Shown one piece after another: positions 46,801-55,554 of a stretch of DNA of 64,000 bases. Position 1 is the stretch's first letter. Every line of letters begins with the position of its first letter. This DNA comes from an uncultured bacterium (lineage in GTDB: Bacteria > Krumholzibacteriota > Krumholzibacteriia > JACNKJ01), in assembly GCA_963695095.1 (NCBI GenBank), contig CAVOFT010000001.1, positions 2,112,001-2,176,000 of the forward strand, read 5' to 3'. A program made the position numbers and the translations under genes. The notes beneath the pieces were generated by a model that did not search any database, was not told where the DNA came from, and saw only the letters and a list, made by a program, of their open reading frames with translations.

Positions 46801-47225
46801 TCGACGCGCGTGAGCCAGGCGGGCAGGGTGTCGGCGGCCGCCATGAACTTGCCGTCCACCGGGATCGTGGTCAGGTCGGGACGGCGGTTCTCGCGAAAGG
46901 CGAGCAGGCAGACCATCACCCGCGCCGTGTCGGGCAGGCCGGCCCGCGCGGCCACGGCCGCCTCGGGATCGGGCAGGGCCAGGACTCGCTTCAGTCCGGC
47001 CGTGAGCGCCTCCACCTCGGCGAGGCGCTCGGCGCGCAGGCGGGCCGCCGGATCGGCGCTTGCGGGCGCTCGCTCGCCGCGGGCTCCGGCGAGGGGCAGC
47101 CAGCGCTCGCCGGCCGCGGGCCCACTCCAGGCAATGAGGATGGCGAGCGCCAGCGCCGCCGTCCCCCTGCCGAGGGCCCGGATGCCGCCGGGCCGTCCCG
47201 GAGTCCGCGCGCCGCGCTTGAGCAC
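43887..47225 (-). CDS. M6 (immune inhibitor A-like) metalloprotease with FG-GAP/VCBS repeats and a T9SS-type C-terminal domain
   Basis: FHAG, HEFGHQLDLADTY, WDLMDSG, EYFLLENRQ, GLLAWHVD, two DLDGDG repeats and a CTD FYPNPA..LFDLEG..LAAGVYF. Confidence 0.85.
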   Translation of the reverse strand: MLKRGARTPGRPGGIRALGRGTAALALAILIAWSGPAAGERWLPLAGARGERAPASADPAARLRAERLAEVEALTAGLKRVLALPDPEAAVAARAGLPDTARVMVCLLAFRENRRPDLTTIPVDGKFMAAADTLPAWLTRVDPPPHDAAYFDAHMRAMREFYRIQSYGRLVIDWDIVAGPAADGGLFLLPDIADYGPGEPGDFWTLELLEAFVRTAVDSIDAALQAQAGGPRFADYDHVMVFHAGSDLQNDIFGDSPNDLPSFNIFFGDPPLVDGGSRPLGSVLLLPETTTQDTDPASPVYGALNAVTAHEFGHQLDLADTYNTYWGWPSVGYWDLMDSGHQILFGFQTAEDPDNPIYVYGALPTSFAIWHRMLLGWVEAGDASLARPGGGEHEVTLTACNVQEPGGVKALRLDLSEREYFLLENRQELLFRGNRYVKRDGDTGVFQFVSKDFPAYPDSAENSGEYDLFLPQSGLLAWHVDERNFETLYPLNIINLDGDKHVSLVEADGTADLGDPYSFEWRGGDRDPFYTGNVTEWLETGVPDTRLRDGTASGFRLTELVTSPYLLSDAFVDSTISFRIARAGVPEGLPRDDREAVADVLAVLPAAGSLLPLVDGASLWLGYAMDSLDPDTLLQTHLLFSGSAANAEPPLAPQPPRRLSSTLAGSALLEAPGLGEPAWFLLTSDSLLAWGPEVAGAVPEALFGLELPAAPASLPLALLDAETASARLLWLGEDELLYLLPLSYRRGALAPGPLNALSLDPPARRGRAGVSAPLVRVETAAGTRVGVAVDDTLSLVDPFGAAATSRLGLPDPGEGPFWIRPLDLDGDGFESPDELFWIHVDGRAVTLGEEGWTPRFAAPLAGDRLSADPAVADLDGDGQPEFLLAAGDRVHRLSPEGFAYADWPLRLGELADLDPPMRLGSGLRAADMTGDGIAELILFGDSGHLIVVGASGRPLLGTPRSLAAAPVQDLISLGGQVFAISRDGFLLGFTGAATPAAPEWGAGGGGFAREGRWQRQHPIQDLANLDSEGWLFYPNPAASNCRLHHPAVPAGTRVRLELFDLEGQLKFTREAIAATDGPFEIPLELRSLAAGVYFGRIESAGKHSLRRLAVLR

Positions 47226-47237
47226 AGTGCCTCCCGG

Positions 47238-48221
47238 CTAGAAGAGCATCTCGAAGGAGAAGCGGTGGACGCGGTCCAGTCCCTTGGCCTGCGGGATATT
47301 GCCGTAGTCGAGGAAGAAGTCCTTGCCGCCCAGCTTCGTGTGGAAGCCGCCGCCGTAGGTGAACTCCTCGATGTCGCCGTCCGGGTCGTGGATGCGGCCG
47401 ATGCGCAGGGCCATGATATCCGTGTACTGCAGCTCGGTGCCGCCATTGAGCGTGGTCTGGCCGCCCGAGACCAGCAGCTTGTTGAAATCGGCGCTGAGCA
47501 GCACGTGGCCGTACTCGCTCTGATAGACGAGCCCGGCGGCGCCGACGCGGAAGAAGCGGGGCAGCGGGTCGCTCTGCTCGGCGTCGATGAAGCTGATGTT
47601 GGGACCGAAGTTCGTCAGCGCGAGGCCGGCGCTGTAGGGTCCGAAGCGGCGCAGGACGCCGAGGTCGACGGCCACCGAGCCGCCGGCGCCGTCGCCGGCA
47701 CCCGGATCGGGCACGCTGGAGGCGGGCGCCAGATCCACGCGCACGTACTTGATGCCGAGGCCGACCGCCGTGTTCTCGTCCAGGCGCACGCCGTAGCTGA
47801 GGGCGGGCGAGAACTCGTAGCTCTTGAAGGTGCCCTCGGGATCGGGGCTGTCGGTGGTCTTCACGCTCTCGCCGTAAGAGAGGTAGACGAGGCTGAGCGA
47901 GTAGGTGCCCCAGCCCTCGAGCTGCTGCACCCAGCCGGCGTACTCGTAGTAGATATCATCGGCCAGATCGGGCACGAGCTGGCTGTGCATCAGCCCCAGC
48001 GTGCGCCCCGACATGAAGCCCAGGCCGGCCGGGTTCCACCAGGCGGCCGTGGCGTCGTCCGCGAGGGCGACGCCGCTCTGCCCGAGCCCGTTGAAGCGAG
48101 CGCTCGGCGGAATCTGGAGGCTCGCCGCGCCGGCCAGGCTGGCCAGGGCGCTTCCCGTCGGCGCCGACAGGAAGAGCAAGGTCAGCAGGGTGGCAAGGGA
48201 GGCAGTGAGGGTCCGGTTCAT
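47238..48221 (-). CDS. porV: PorV-family outer membrane shuttle barrel
   Basis: SLQIPPSARFNGLG, AAWWNPAGL, AVDLG, NFGPNISF..DPLP, ALRIG; directly after porU. Start ATG 48221 after GGAGG. Confidence 0.85.
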   Translation of the reverse strand: MNRTLTASLATLLTLLFLSAPTGSALASLAGAASLQIPPSARFNGLGQSGVALADDATAAWWNPAGLGFMSGRTLGLMHSQLVPDLADDIYYEYAGWVQQLEGWGTYSLSLVYLSYGESVKTTDSPDPEGTFKSYEFSPALSYGVRLDENTAVGLGIKYVRVDLAPASSVPDPGAGDGAGGSVAVDLGVLRRFGPYSAGLALTNFGPNISFIDAEQSDPLPRFFRVGAAGLVYQSEYGHVLLSADFNKLLVSGGQTTLNGGTELQYTDIMALRIGRIHDPDGDIEEFTYGGGFHTKLGGKDFFLDYGNIPQAKGLDRVHRFSFEMLF

Positions 48222-48254
48222 GCAGGTCGTCCTCCAAAAGGGTTGATATCGCAC

Positions 48255-48284
48255 AATATAGGCTCCTCGGCGGGCAGGGGTCAA
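48255..48284 (-). promoter_or_regulatory. Internal sigma-70-type promoter upstream of porV
   Basis: Minus strand TTGACC-N18-TATATT in the porU-porV gap. Confidence 0.6.
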
Positions 48285-48286
48285 GG

Positions 48287-51200
48287 TCACTCCCGCATGC
48301 GCACGAGGGCGCCGGTCTGCTCACGACGCCGCGCGGCATTGTCCGCGTAGGTCGCCACGAGGCGGTACAAGTAGGTGCCGTTCGCCACTTCGTCACCGAC
48401 GGCATCCCGGCCGTCCCAGTCGAGAGCGTAGCGGCCCGGCTCCGGGCAGTCCCGCTCGAGGCGCCGCAGGCGCCGCCCCGAGACGGTGTACAGATCCAGA
48501 CTCACTCGGCCCGGAGCGGTGAGTTCGAAGCTGATCGCGCAGTGGCCGCGGAAGGGGTTCGGGAAGGGCTGCACCGCGACCAGATCGGCTCGGCCCGCCT
48601 CGAAGAGCTCCACGCGCAGGGTGTCGCGGCCCACGTTGCCCAGATTGTCGGCCACGGAGGCGACGAGGGTGTTGCGCCCCGCCGGCAGGCTCGCCGGCAG
48701 GAGGGCCGCCACGCTGCCGGCGGTGGCGCTGCCCAGCTCGTACTCGAAGCGATCGGTGAGATTGTCGATCTGGCCCGTCTCGACGAACTCGACGAAGATG
48801 GCATTCTGCGGATGCGCCCCCACCAGGTTGATGCCCGAACTTGCGGCGGCGCTCAGCGTGTAGCCGCTGCCCGGCGTGGCGTGGGTGGCCCCGCCGGCCA
48901 GGGCCAGGGCGACCGTGGGCGCCTCGCCGGCCGGCGGCAGGATGCCGGGCAGCACGGCAAGGGAGTCCAGCACGCCCACGGCCGCTTCGTCCGTGGCCGG
49001 GCTCACCGCATAGGCGCGGACGCGGCCGTAGCTGCCGAGCGCGGAGTCCGGCAGCCCGGGCACGAAGCAGGCCGGCGTCTCGAAGCGGCCGTCGCGCACC
49101 TGCACCCGCCCGCGGAAGATCTCCGGGCCGAGCAGGTGGTAGTCGACATGCACCGTGCCGCCGCCGTAGAGGGGCCGCTCGAAGCCGCTGGTGTCCGCCG
49201 AGGCGCGCACGCTCAGGTCGAGCTCGCCGTTGAAGTCCGGCGCCAGCAGGCCCTCGCGTAGAATCCGGCCGCTGAGCGCCAGGGTGCCGCCGACCTTGAG
49301 CGTGTCCGCGCCGCCCGGCGCAAGCTCCACGCTCAGACGCGGGGTCAGCAGGGCCAGCGAGGGATCGCCGAGAATGGCGTAGCGCTCGTTGTTGGGACCC
49401 TGGTTCTGGGCGTAGTCGACCCTCTGCACGCGCACCTTGGCCCGGAGCAGCGCGGCGCCGACCGGCACGCGGGCGCCGATCTCACCTCCCGGGAAGAGCT
49501 CGGCGAGGAAGTTGCGGTTGAGCACGTTGTTGAAGCCCGCCGTCGACAGGTCGCTGGATGCCATCGTGGCAATGGCGCCGCCCTGGGCGAGGCCGACCAT
49601 CTCCTCGCTCATGCTCCGGCCCTGCGTGTCGTCGAACTTGCCCACGTTGCAGGAGGCGGAGATGAACAGGTAGCGCCGGTTGCCGTTGGCGAGGGAGGCC
49701 AGGCGCGTCGAGAGCAGCAGCTGCTCGTCGGAGAGCACGTCGTTGCCGCCGTGGCCGACGTAGTTGAAGATGAGCACCCCCGCATCGAGCGCCTGGAAGA
49801 GGGCGTTCTGCGGCGCCGGCTTGAAGCCCGCGTAGTCGCAGTCCCACTCGCACATGTAGATCTTTTCGATGTCGAGCACGGGCGGAATGGCGCGCGCGAC
49901 GAGCACCTCGGCCTGTCCGGTATGGTCGATGGTGTCGATGTCGTCGCACTGCTTCGTGTAGTCGTCGGTGGCCAGCACCATGCGGTTGCGCCAGGCGCCG
50001 GCCGGAGCGTCGCGTTCGTAGCCGATGACGGCATCCACCATCTGCTCGGCCGCCGCGGCGGATGCGGCCGGCAGCCGGCCCACCGCGAGATCGGGGATGG
50101 CCAGGCGCAGCGAGTCGTCCTCCTCGTCCATGTAGGCGAAGTAGTCGTCGGTCGTGTAGGCGTAGCTCGCCTGCTCGATGCGGAAGCGGTCGCTGAGGGC
50201 CGGCACGAGTGCGTTGCTGACGTCGCCGCGCACTTCGCGGCCGAGGAAGTTGCGATAATCAGTGCTCGCATCGCCGAGCAGGAGCACGTAGGTCAGGCGG
50301 CTCGCCGGCGCCTCGTAGCGGTACTTGAGGAAGTTGCGCAGAGCGGCCGGATCCTGCATGCCGCTGCCGAAGTTCGCGTAGATGTCGCCGATGCCCACCA
50401 CCTCCACCTCGCCCTGGCCGAGCAGGGGGAAGTGCCCACGGCGCCAGGCGGCGTAGCGCTGGGCGGCACTCATGAAGCCGCTGTCGCCGGCTCCATCGAG
50501 CTTGCCGTCGAAGGCGACCACGATCATGTGCGGCGTCGCGTCGTGGCGCAGCGGCGTCGGACTCTGCGCGAGCAGGCGCACGGGACTGCGGTAGTTGACC
50601 GGGGCCGCGGGATCCACCAGCCAGAGGCGGCGGCGCTGGGCCGTGTCCACCCCGAGGACGAGGCTGTCCCCCGCCCAGACGCCGCCCGTCAGCAGCGCCG
50701 GCGCGAGCGGATCGCTGAGGTCCCAGACATCGGGCGGATGGGCCCAGCCGCTGGCCGCGACGCGCGCCCTCGCCTGCGTGGCCGGTACGTGGAGCTCCAG
50801 GGGCGCCGAGCCGCGGCTGCGCGCGCGCGTTGCGTAGAAGAGCTCGTACCAGAGCAGCCAGCCGAAATCGTTCGCCAGGCCCAGCGGCGGATCCCGCGGC
50901 AGGCGCAGCGTGAAGCGGGCCTGGGCGTCGCCCTCGAGGTCGGCCGGCAGGGGCAGCGTGCCCTCGACGACGGCCATGCTGAGCGAACTCGTGATGCTGA
51001 TGCTTGCGTCGACGAAGCGGTGCGTCGGATCGCTGGGATCCGCCCCCGTGCCCGCCGGCGTGATGAAGCCCTGCAGGTGATGCGGCCCGCTCAGGCCGTT
51101 CCGGCGATCCGCGTCGAAGCCGATGCGCAGCCGCGCCGGCTCGCCGGCGGCGGGCCAGGCAAAGGCGAAGTTCTCGGCGAAGCTCGTGGGGCCATCGCCG

Positions 51201-52249
51201 GGAAAGAAGTAGCTCCAGGCCCAGCCGTCCTCGTGCAGCTCCTCGGAGGAGTACTCGGCGTTCTCCTCGCGGTGGAGTCGCGCCGGAAACACGGCCAGCG
51301 GCGTCTCGTCGCCCTGGGGCGCCGCATCGCGACCGGCCACGCGCAGACCGGCGCCGCCGCCCCAGGTGAGGTAGTAGGTGGCCCAGCCCGTGTAGGGATT
51401 GCGCAGGTAGCTCTGGAAGTCGGCGCCGGCGACGACCTCGTCGCGGAAGCCGTCCACGCCCGGCAGGTAGGCGATCAACTCGGTGTTCGGATTCAGGGTC
51501 GTCCCGCCCTTGACGAGCAGGGGCAGTTCCTGCGGCTGCCAGCCCCGCTCCCAGGAGCCCCCGGGCCAGTCGAGACGGAAGGGCTGCGGCCGACCGCCGC
51601 TGCCCAGGAGCCGAAAGCTCGCGAGCTCGATGCCGGGAGCGATGCCGGCGCTGACGAGATCGGCGTAGCGCAGCCGGTACAGGCCGCCGGCCCGCAGGTC
51701 CAGGCGCAGCCAGCGGCCGCTGCCGTCGAAGATCTCGTCGCCCTCTCGAGATCCGGCGCCCCGGGCGAGAGCGGCTCCTCCGGCCGGCGCGGCGACGGCG
51801 TTCACGAGCAGCCCCGCGAGCAGGGGATCCGCGTTCGGGCCTGGGCTCGTGGCCGGCAGCGTGGCGTCGAAGGCCAGGCGGATTTCGGCCTCGCGCCAGG
51901 CGCCCGCGGGCGGCAGGAAACGCAGGCGGCCCACGCGCTGGCGCCGGTAGACTGCCGGCGGGGCGAGGGCGAGGTGGACATCCACCGCGACCGCAGCGCC
52001 GTCGATGCGCAGACCCTCGGCGCGCCAGCCGCCCTGGTCGGGCAGCGCGACGACCAGATCCAGCGGCTCGCCCGCAGCAGCGCCAGGCGCGGCCCTCAAG
52101 GTGAGGCGTGCGCTGCGCCCCTCGCCCTGCCAGCTGAAATCGGCGGCCACGGCGGCCACGGCGGGCCGGCCGGCGGAGAGGTGGATGCTGAGCGCCAGCA
52201 GGAGCGGCGTCCAGGGGAGCAGCCGGCGGCTGGGCTCAGTCGTTCGCAT
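48287..52249 (-). CDS. porU: PorU-like T9SS sortase (gingipain C25 family) with a FlgD-Ig/CTD tail
   Basis: IYANFGSG..DPAALRNFLKY, YVLLLGDAS.DYR, VGRLP, catalytic NYVGHGG and SASCNVGKFD, LGDP, C-terminal FPNPF..WDGRD..VANGTYLY. Confidence 0.88.
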   Translation of the reverse strand: MRTTEPSRRLLPWTPLLLALSIHLSAGRPAVAAVAADFSWQGEGRSARLTLRAAPGAAAGEPLDLVVALPDQGGWRAEGLRIDGAAVAVDVHLALAPPAVYRRQRVGRLRFLPPAGAWREAEIRLAFDATLPATSPGPNADPLLAGLLVNAVAAPAGGAALARGAGSREGDEIFDGSGRWLRLDLRAGGLYRLRYADLVSAGIAPGIELASFRLLGSGGRPQPFRLDWPGGSWERGWQPQELPLLVKGGTTLNPNTELIAYLPGVDGFRDEVVAGADFQSYLRNPYTGWATYYLTWGGGAGLRVAGRDAAPQGDETPLAVFPARLHREENAEYSSEELHEDGWAWSYFFPGDGPTSFAENFAFAWPAAGEPARLRIGFDADRRNGLSGPHHLQGFITPAGTGADPSDPTHRFVDASISITSSLSMAVVEGTLPLPADLEGDAQARFTLRLPRDPPLGLANDFGWLLWYELFYATRARSRGSAPLELHVPATQARARVAASGWAHPPDVWDLSDPLAPALLTGGVWAGDSLVLGVDTAQRRRLWLVDPAAPVNYRSPVRLLAQSPTPLRHDATPHMIVVAFDGKLDGAGDSGFMSAAQRYAAWRRGHFPLLGQGEVEVVGIGDIYANFGSGMQDPAALRNFLKYRYEAPASRLTYVLLLGDASTDYRNFLGREVRGDVSNALVPALSDRFRIEQASYAYTTDDYFAYMDEEDDSLRLAIPDLAVGRLPAASAAAAEQMVDAVIGYERDAPAGAWRNRMVLATDDYTKQCDDIDTIDHTGQAEVLVARAIPPVLDIEKIYMCEWDCDYAGFKPAPQNALFQALDAGVLIFNYVGHGGNDVLSDEQLLLSTRLASLANGNRRYLFISASCNVGKFDDTQGRSMSEEMVGLAQGGAIATMASSDLSTAGFNNVLNRNFLAELFPGGEIGARVPVGAALLRAKVRVQRVDYAQNQGPNNERYAILGDPSLALLTPRLSVELAPGGADTLKVGGTLALSGRILREGLLAPDFNGELDLSVRASADTSGFERPLYGGGTVHVDYHLLGPEIFRGRVQVRDGRFETPACFVPGLPDSALGSYGRVRAYAVSPATDEAAVGVLDSLAVLPGILPPAGEAPTVALALAGGATHATPGSGYTLSAAASSGINLVGAHPQNAIFVEFVETGQIDNLTDRFEYELGSATAGSVAALLPASLPAGRNTLVASVADNLGNVGRDTLRVELFEAGRADLVAVQPFPNPFRGHCAISFELTAPGRVSLDLYTVSGRRLRRLERDCPEPGRYALDWDGRDAVGDEVANGTYLYRLVATYADNAARRREQTGALVRMRE

Positions 52250-52415
52250 GCATGCTCCTGGCGCTCTCCGGCAGCAGATCGGCGATGCCGTCCACGATGG
52301 GATAGAGGAGGCGGCACTGGTCGCAGGCCAGTTCGGCCCGCTCCGACAGGTGGCGCAGGCCCTGCCGGCAGCGTGGACAGGCGAGGATGGCCAGGAGTTC
52401 CCGGTCGAAGTCCAT
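52236..52415 (-). CDS. Trm112/YcaR-family protein
   Basis: 59 aa, LLAILACPRC..LAC..C..YPIVDGI. Confidence 0.9.
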   Translation of the reverse strand: MDFDRELLAILACPRCRQGLRHLSERAELACDQCRLLYPIVDGIADLLPESARSMHAND

Positions 52416-52605
52416 GCGCGCGCTCCCTGGCCGGCCGGGAACCGGCGGCACCGGCCCTGGCAGGCAGACTGAAGCCTCTCGCCCTGAGCAATTCACGGCG
52501 ATTCTTAGAGGAGACAGGGGAGTCGGGCAAGCCCGAAAATCGGGACCCCCCGCCAGGGGGGCGCAGTGACTGGTCTGCAAAGAATAGGGCTTCCGGCGCC
52601 CGGAA

Positions 52606-53574
52606 TCAAGCGGGACCCTGCTCCCGGAACACGCCCATCCGCCCGAACTTGGCCACGCGGGCCTCGACCAGCTCCTCGGGCCGGCGCCCCTGCAGGGTCG
52701 CCAGCTCCTCGACCAGGGCGCGGGCGAGCAGAATCGCCATCCCGTCGGGGTCCCGGTGCGCGCCGCCCTCGGGCTCGCCGATGATGCGGTCGATCACGCC
52801 CTGTTCGGCCAGGTCGCGGCTGGTCAGGCGCAGGGCCTCGGCGGCCTCCTGGCGCTGCCCGGCGTCCTTCCACAGGATCGTGGCGCAGCCCTCCGGGCTG
52901 ATCACGGCGTAGACGGCGTGCTCGAGCATGAGCACGCGGTCCCCCACCGCCAGCGCCAGCGCCCCGCCGCTGCCGCCCTCGCCCGTGATCACGCAGACGA
53001 TGGGCGTGGGCAGCAGGGCCATCTCGCGCAGATTGCGGGCGATGGCTTCGGCCTGGCCCCGCTCCTCGGCGCCGATGCCCGGGTGGGCGCCCGGCGTGTC
53101 GATGAAGGTGATCACCGGCCGTCCGTAGCGGGCGGCCAGTTCCATCAGGCGCAGGGCCTTGCGATAGCCCTCCGGGTTGGGCATGCCGAAGTTGCGGCGG
53201 ATGCTCTCGCGGGTTTCCCGGCCCTTCTGGTGGCCGATGACCATGACGGGCAGGCCCTGCAGTTCGGCCATGCCGCCCACGATGGCCGGGTCGTCGCGGT
53301 AGAGGCGATCGCCGTGCAGTTCGACGAAGTCGGTGAAGATGCGGCCGATGTAGTCGAGCGTGTAGGGCCGCGCCGGATGGCGGGCCAGCTGCACTTGCTG
53401 CCAGCGGGTGAGCTTGCCGTAGATCTGCCCGCGCAGCTTGGCGGCCTTGGCTTCGAGGCGCTCCAGTTCCTCGTCCATCTCGACGCCCTGGCCGCCGGCG
53501 AAGGCGCGCATGTCCTCGATCTGGCTCTCGAGCTCCACGAGCGGCTTTTCGAAGTCCAGGTAGGGTCCCCTCAT
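52606..53574 (-). CDS. accA: Acetyl-CoA carboxylase carboxyltransferase alpha subunit
   Basis: [42 protein letters not shown]. Confidence 0.97.
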   Translation of the reverse strand: MRGPYLDFEKPLVELESQIEDMRAFAGGQGVEMDEELERLEAKAAKLRGQIYGKLTRWQQVQLARHPARPYTLDYIGRIFTDFVELHGDRLYRDDPAIVGGMAELQGLPVMVIGHQKGRETRESIRRNFGMPNPEGYRKALRLMELAARYGRPVITFIDTPGAHPGIGAEERGQAEAIARNLREMALLPTPIVCVITGEGGSGGALALAVGDRVLMLEHAVYAVISPEGCATILWKDAGQRQEAAEALRLTSRDLAEQGVIDRIIGEPEGGAHRDPDGMAILLARALVEELATLQGRRPEELVEARVAKFGRMGVFREQGPA

Positions 53575-53590
53575 CGCGTGCCTCCCGGGC

Positions 53591-54439
53591 TCAGAAGCTG
53601 CCTTCGTAGCTGATCTCGAGCTGCCGGTCCACCGAGTCGCCGCGGCCCGCGCGGGGGCCATCCGGGTGGCGATAATTGGACAGCAGGTCGCGGAGGAAGA
53701 ACTTGAACTGGACCCCTCCGATCGCATTCCAGCGCATGCCCAGATCCAGCCAGCCCACCCCGCGTCCGTAGCGGGTGGGCTGCTCGTCCCGGCGATCGTC
53801 CAGGCCGGCGGCGAAATCGAGGATCAGCGCGAACTGACCATCGAAATCCTGCTCCAAGCCGGCGAAGAAGTCCAGCGAGGACTCATCCGTGTTCTCACCG
53901 CTGAGGTTGATGCCGCCGGTGGTGGCCACATCCGTGCCCAGGGGGCCGTACCAGTTGCGGGTGGCCGCCAGGAAGAAGCCCTTGCTCTTGCGCTCGTAGC
54001 GCTCGAGGCCTTCGTCCCAGGCGCCGTAGCCCTGGTTGTCGAAGCCGAGCACCAGGGCGGGCAGTTCCATCTCCTCCACGAGCAGCAGGCGCAGCGACAG
54101 GGCCGTGCGGTCGTTGAACTCGACCTCGCCGCGGCCGAGCAGGCCCTGCATGCCCCAGGACACGCCCACTTCCAGCCGGTCCCTGATGCCGACGCTGGTG
54201 CCGGCCACCAGGGAGCCGCCGTGCATCAGCCGGCACTCGATGCGGTAACGGCCGTGACCGAGCACGGTGGCCGTGGGGCTGTCGACGAGATTGCTGGAGC
54301 GCAGCAGGCCGCCGGAAGCGGCGGCCGAGCTGGGCGGCGCGTCATAGGCGTAGTCGGCGTTGGTCTGGCCGAGGACAGGCAGGGCGACGGCAAGGCAGGC
54401 CGCGGCCAAGAGCAGACGCAGTCGGGAGGTCCACATCAT
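53591..54439 (-). CDS. YjbH-like outer membrane beta-barrel protein
   Basis: Start ATG 54439; signal peptide, [10 protein letters not shown], beta strands and terminal Phe. Confidence 0.65.
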   Translation of the reverse strand: MMWTSRLRLLLAAACLAVALPVLGQTNADYAYDAPPSSAAASGGLLRSSNLVDSPTATVLGHGRYRIECRLMHGGSLVAGTSVGIRDRLEVGVSWGMQGLLGRGEVEFNDRTALSLRLLLVEEMELPALVLGFDNQGYGAWDEGLERYERKSKGFFLAATRNWYGPLGTDVATTGGINLSGENTDESSLDFFAGLEQDFDGQFALILDFAAGLDDRRDEQPTRYGRGVGWLDLGMRWNAIGGVQFKFFLRDLLSNYRHPDGPRAGRGDSVDRQLEISYEGSF

Positions 54440-54462
54440 CTTCCCCTTTCGGTCTGCCTCAC

Positions 54463-55551
54463 TCAAGGTAGGAACTTCTCCGTGTGCGCCAGCTTGCGCG
54501 GCAGGTACTCGTCGATGACGTAGTTGAGGCCGTGCTTGGCCAGGGCCTGCTGCTCCGCGCGCACGCCCATGCCGATCATCTGCGTGATCGCCTTCTGCCA
54601 CTGCTTGTAGTGCTGCACGAAGGGATCGTTCTTGAGCGCATCCTTGGCGCGCTTGACGTCCACGTCCTTCAGCGGGTGCGTCGGCAGCTCGTAGTCGATG
54701 ATATCCTGGGGCGTGATGCCGAGAAAGCGCGCCTGGGGCACGCAGAAGTACTCGTTCAGATGCGCCGCGTTCCCGCTGCCCACCTTCAGCGTGCGGTAGA
54801 TGTTGCTGATCCCGTAGGGGTCCCCGTCCACGAAGACGTAGACGGGCAGGCCTTTCTCGTCCGCCAGGCGGCGGATGAAGCGGCGGCAGGCGCGCGTGGG
54901 CACGCCGCCCATGCTGACCAGGATGCAGCGCGCTGTCTGCCAGTAGCCGTGCTTGACCAGGCGCTGGAACATGCCGGCCGTCTCGATGGCGAGGATGAAG
55001 GTGGCCTTCGTCTCGAAGCCGAGGTGCTCCACGCTGTTGGGAATCGAGTAGGCGCCGCTGCCGAACTTGGTGCAGTCGATGCGCAGCTTCTTGCCCGAGG
55101 CCGGATCGCGGTCGATCACCACCAGCGCGCCCGCGACCTCGCCGCCCTTCTCCTCGGGGATGAAGCCGAGCTGTTCGCGATTGACGCCGAAGAGCGCCTC
55201 GACGTCGTCCATCACCGTGTCGCTCTCGGGCTGCTCGTGGAAGCGCGCCTCGCCCCAGTTCTTGGAGACGTAGTAGGCCTCTCGCTTGGTGGCGATGTCG
55301 TCGGACTCGACGAGCTGCTTGGACAGGGCCATCATCTTCAGGGTCTGGGCGAAGGACTTCACCGTGCTCACGGTGAGCGTGCGCTCCTTGCGCGCGGCCT
55401 TCATCGTGAAGTGGCCGCGCGCGGCATCGTAGCGCACGTTGCCCAGGCTGCGGATGGGGAAGCGCAGGGTGGGCTTGCCGCCGGCGGCGGCGCTCTTCTC
55501 CACCAGGCGCGCCTGCTCCTTGATCTTCTTGACGACGGGTCCAGCGGCCAC
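54463..55551 (-). CDS. top6A: DNA topoisomerase VI subunit A (Spo11-like)
   Basis: Catalytic-Tyr motif TKREAYY, F..Q.ESD, TOPRIM AIE and DGDPYG, GGVPTRACRRFI, AEQQAL. Confidence 0.95.
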   Translation of the reverse strand: MAAGPVVKKIKEQARLVEKSAAAGGKPTLRFPIRSLGNVRYDAARGHFTMKAARKERTLTVSTVKSFAQTLKMMALSKQLVESDDIATKREAYYVSKNWGEARFHEQPESDTVMDDVEALFGVNREQLGFIPEEKGGEVAGALVVIDRDPASGKKLRIDCTKFGSGAYSIPNSVEHLGFETKATFILAIETAGMFQRLVKHGYWQTARCILVSMGGVPTRACRRFIRRLADEKGLPVYVFVDGDPYGISNIYRTLKVGSGNAAHLNEYFCVPQARFLGITPQDIIDYELPTHPLKDVDVKRAKDALKNDPFVQHYKQWQKAITQMIGMGVRAEQQALAKHGLNYVIDEYLPRKLAHTEKFLP

Positions 55552-55554
55552 GGC

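Noticed and set aside
43917..48350. 1477 aa plus-strand ORF, and similar long ones at 49751-52912, 60633-63743, 8578-11076, 21555-24173 and 5832-7940
   Set aside because: These are antisense shadows of well-supported minus-strand genes, expected at this GC and codon bias, with no recognisable motifs.
52416..52605. ncRNA in the accA-Trm112 gap
   Set aside because: Two short hairpins and a weak promoter-like TTGCCC..TAAGAAT explain it; no tRNA, SRP or riboswitch signature was recognised.
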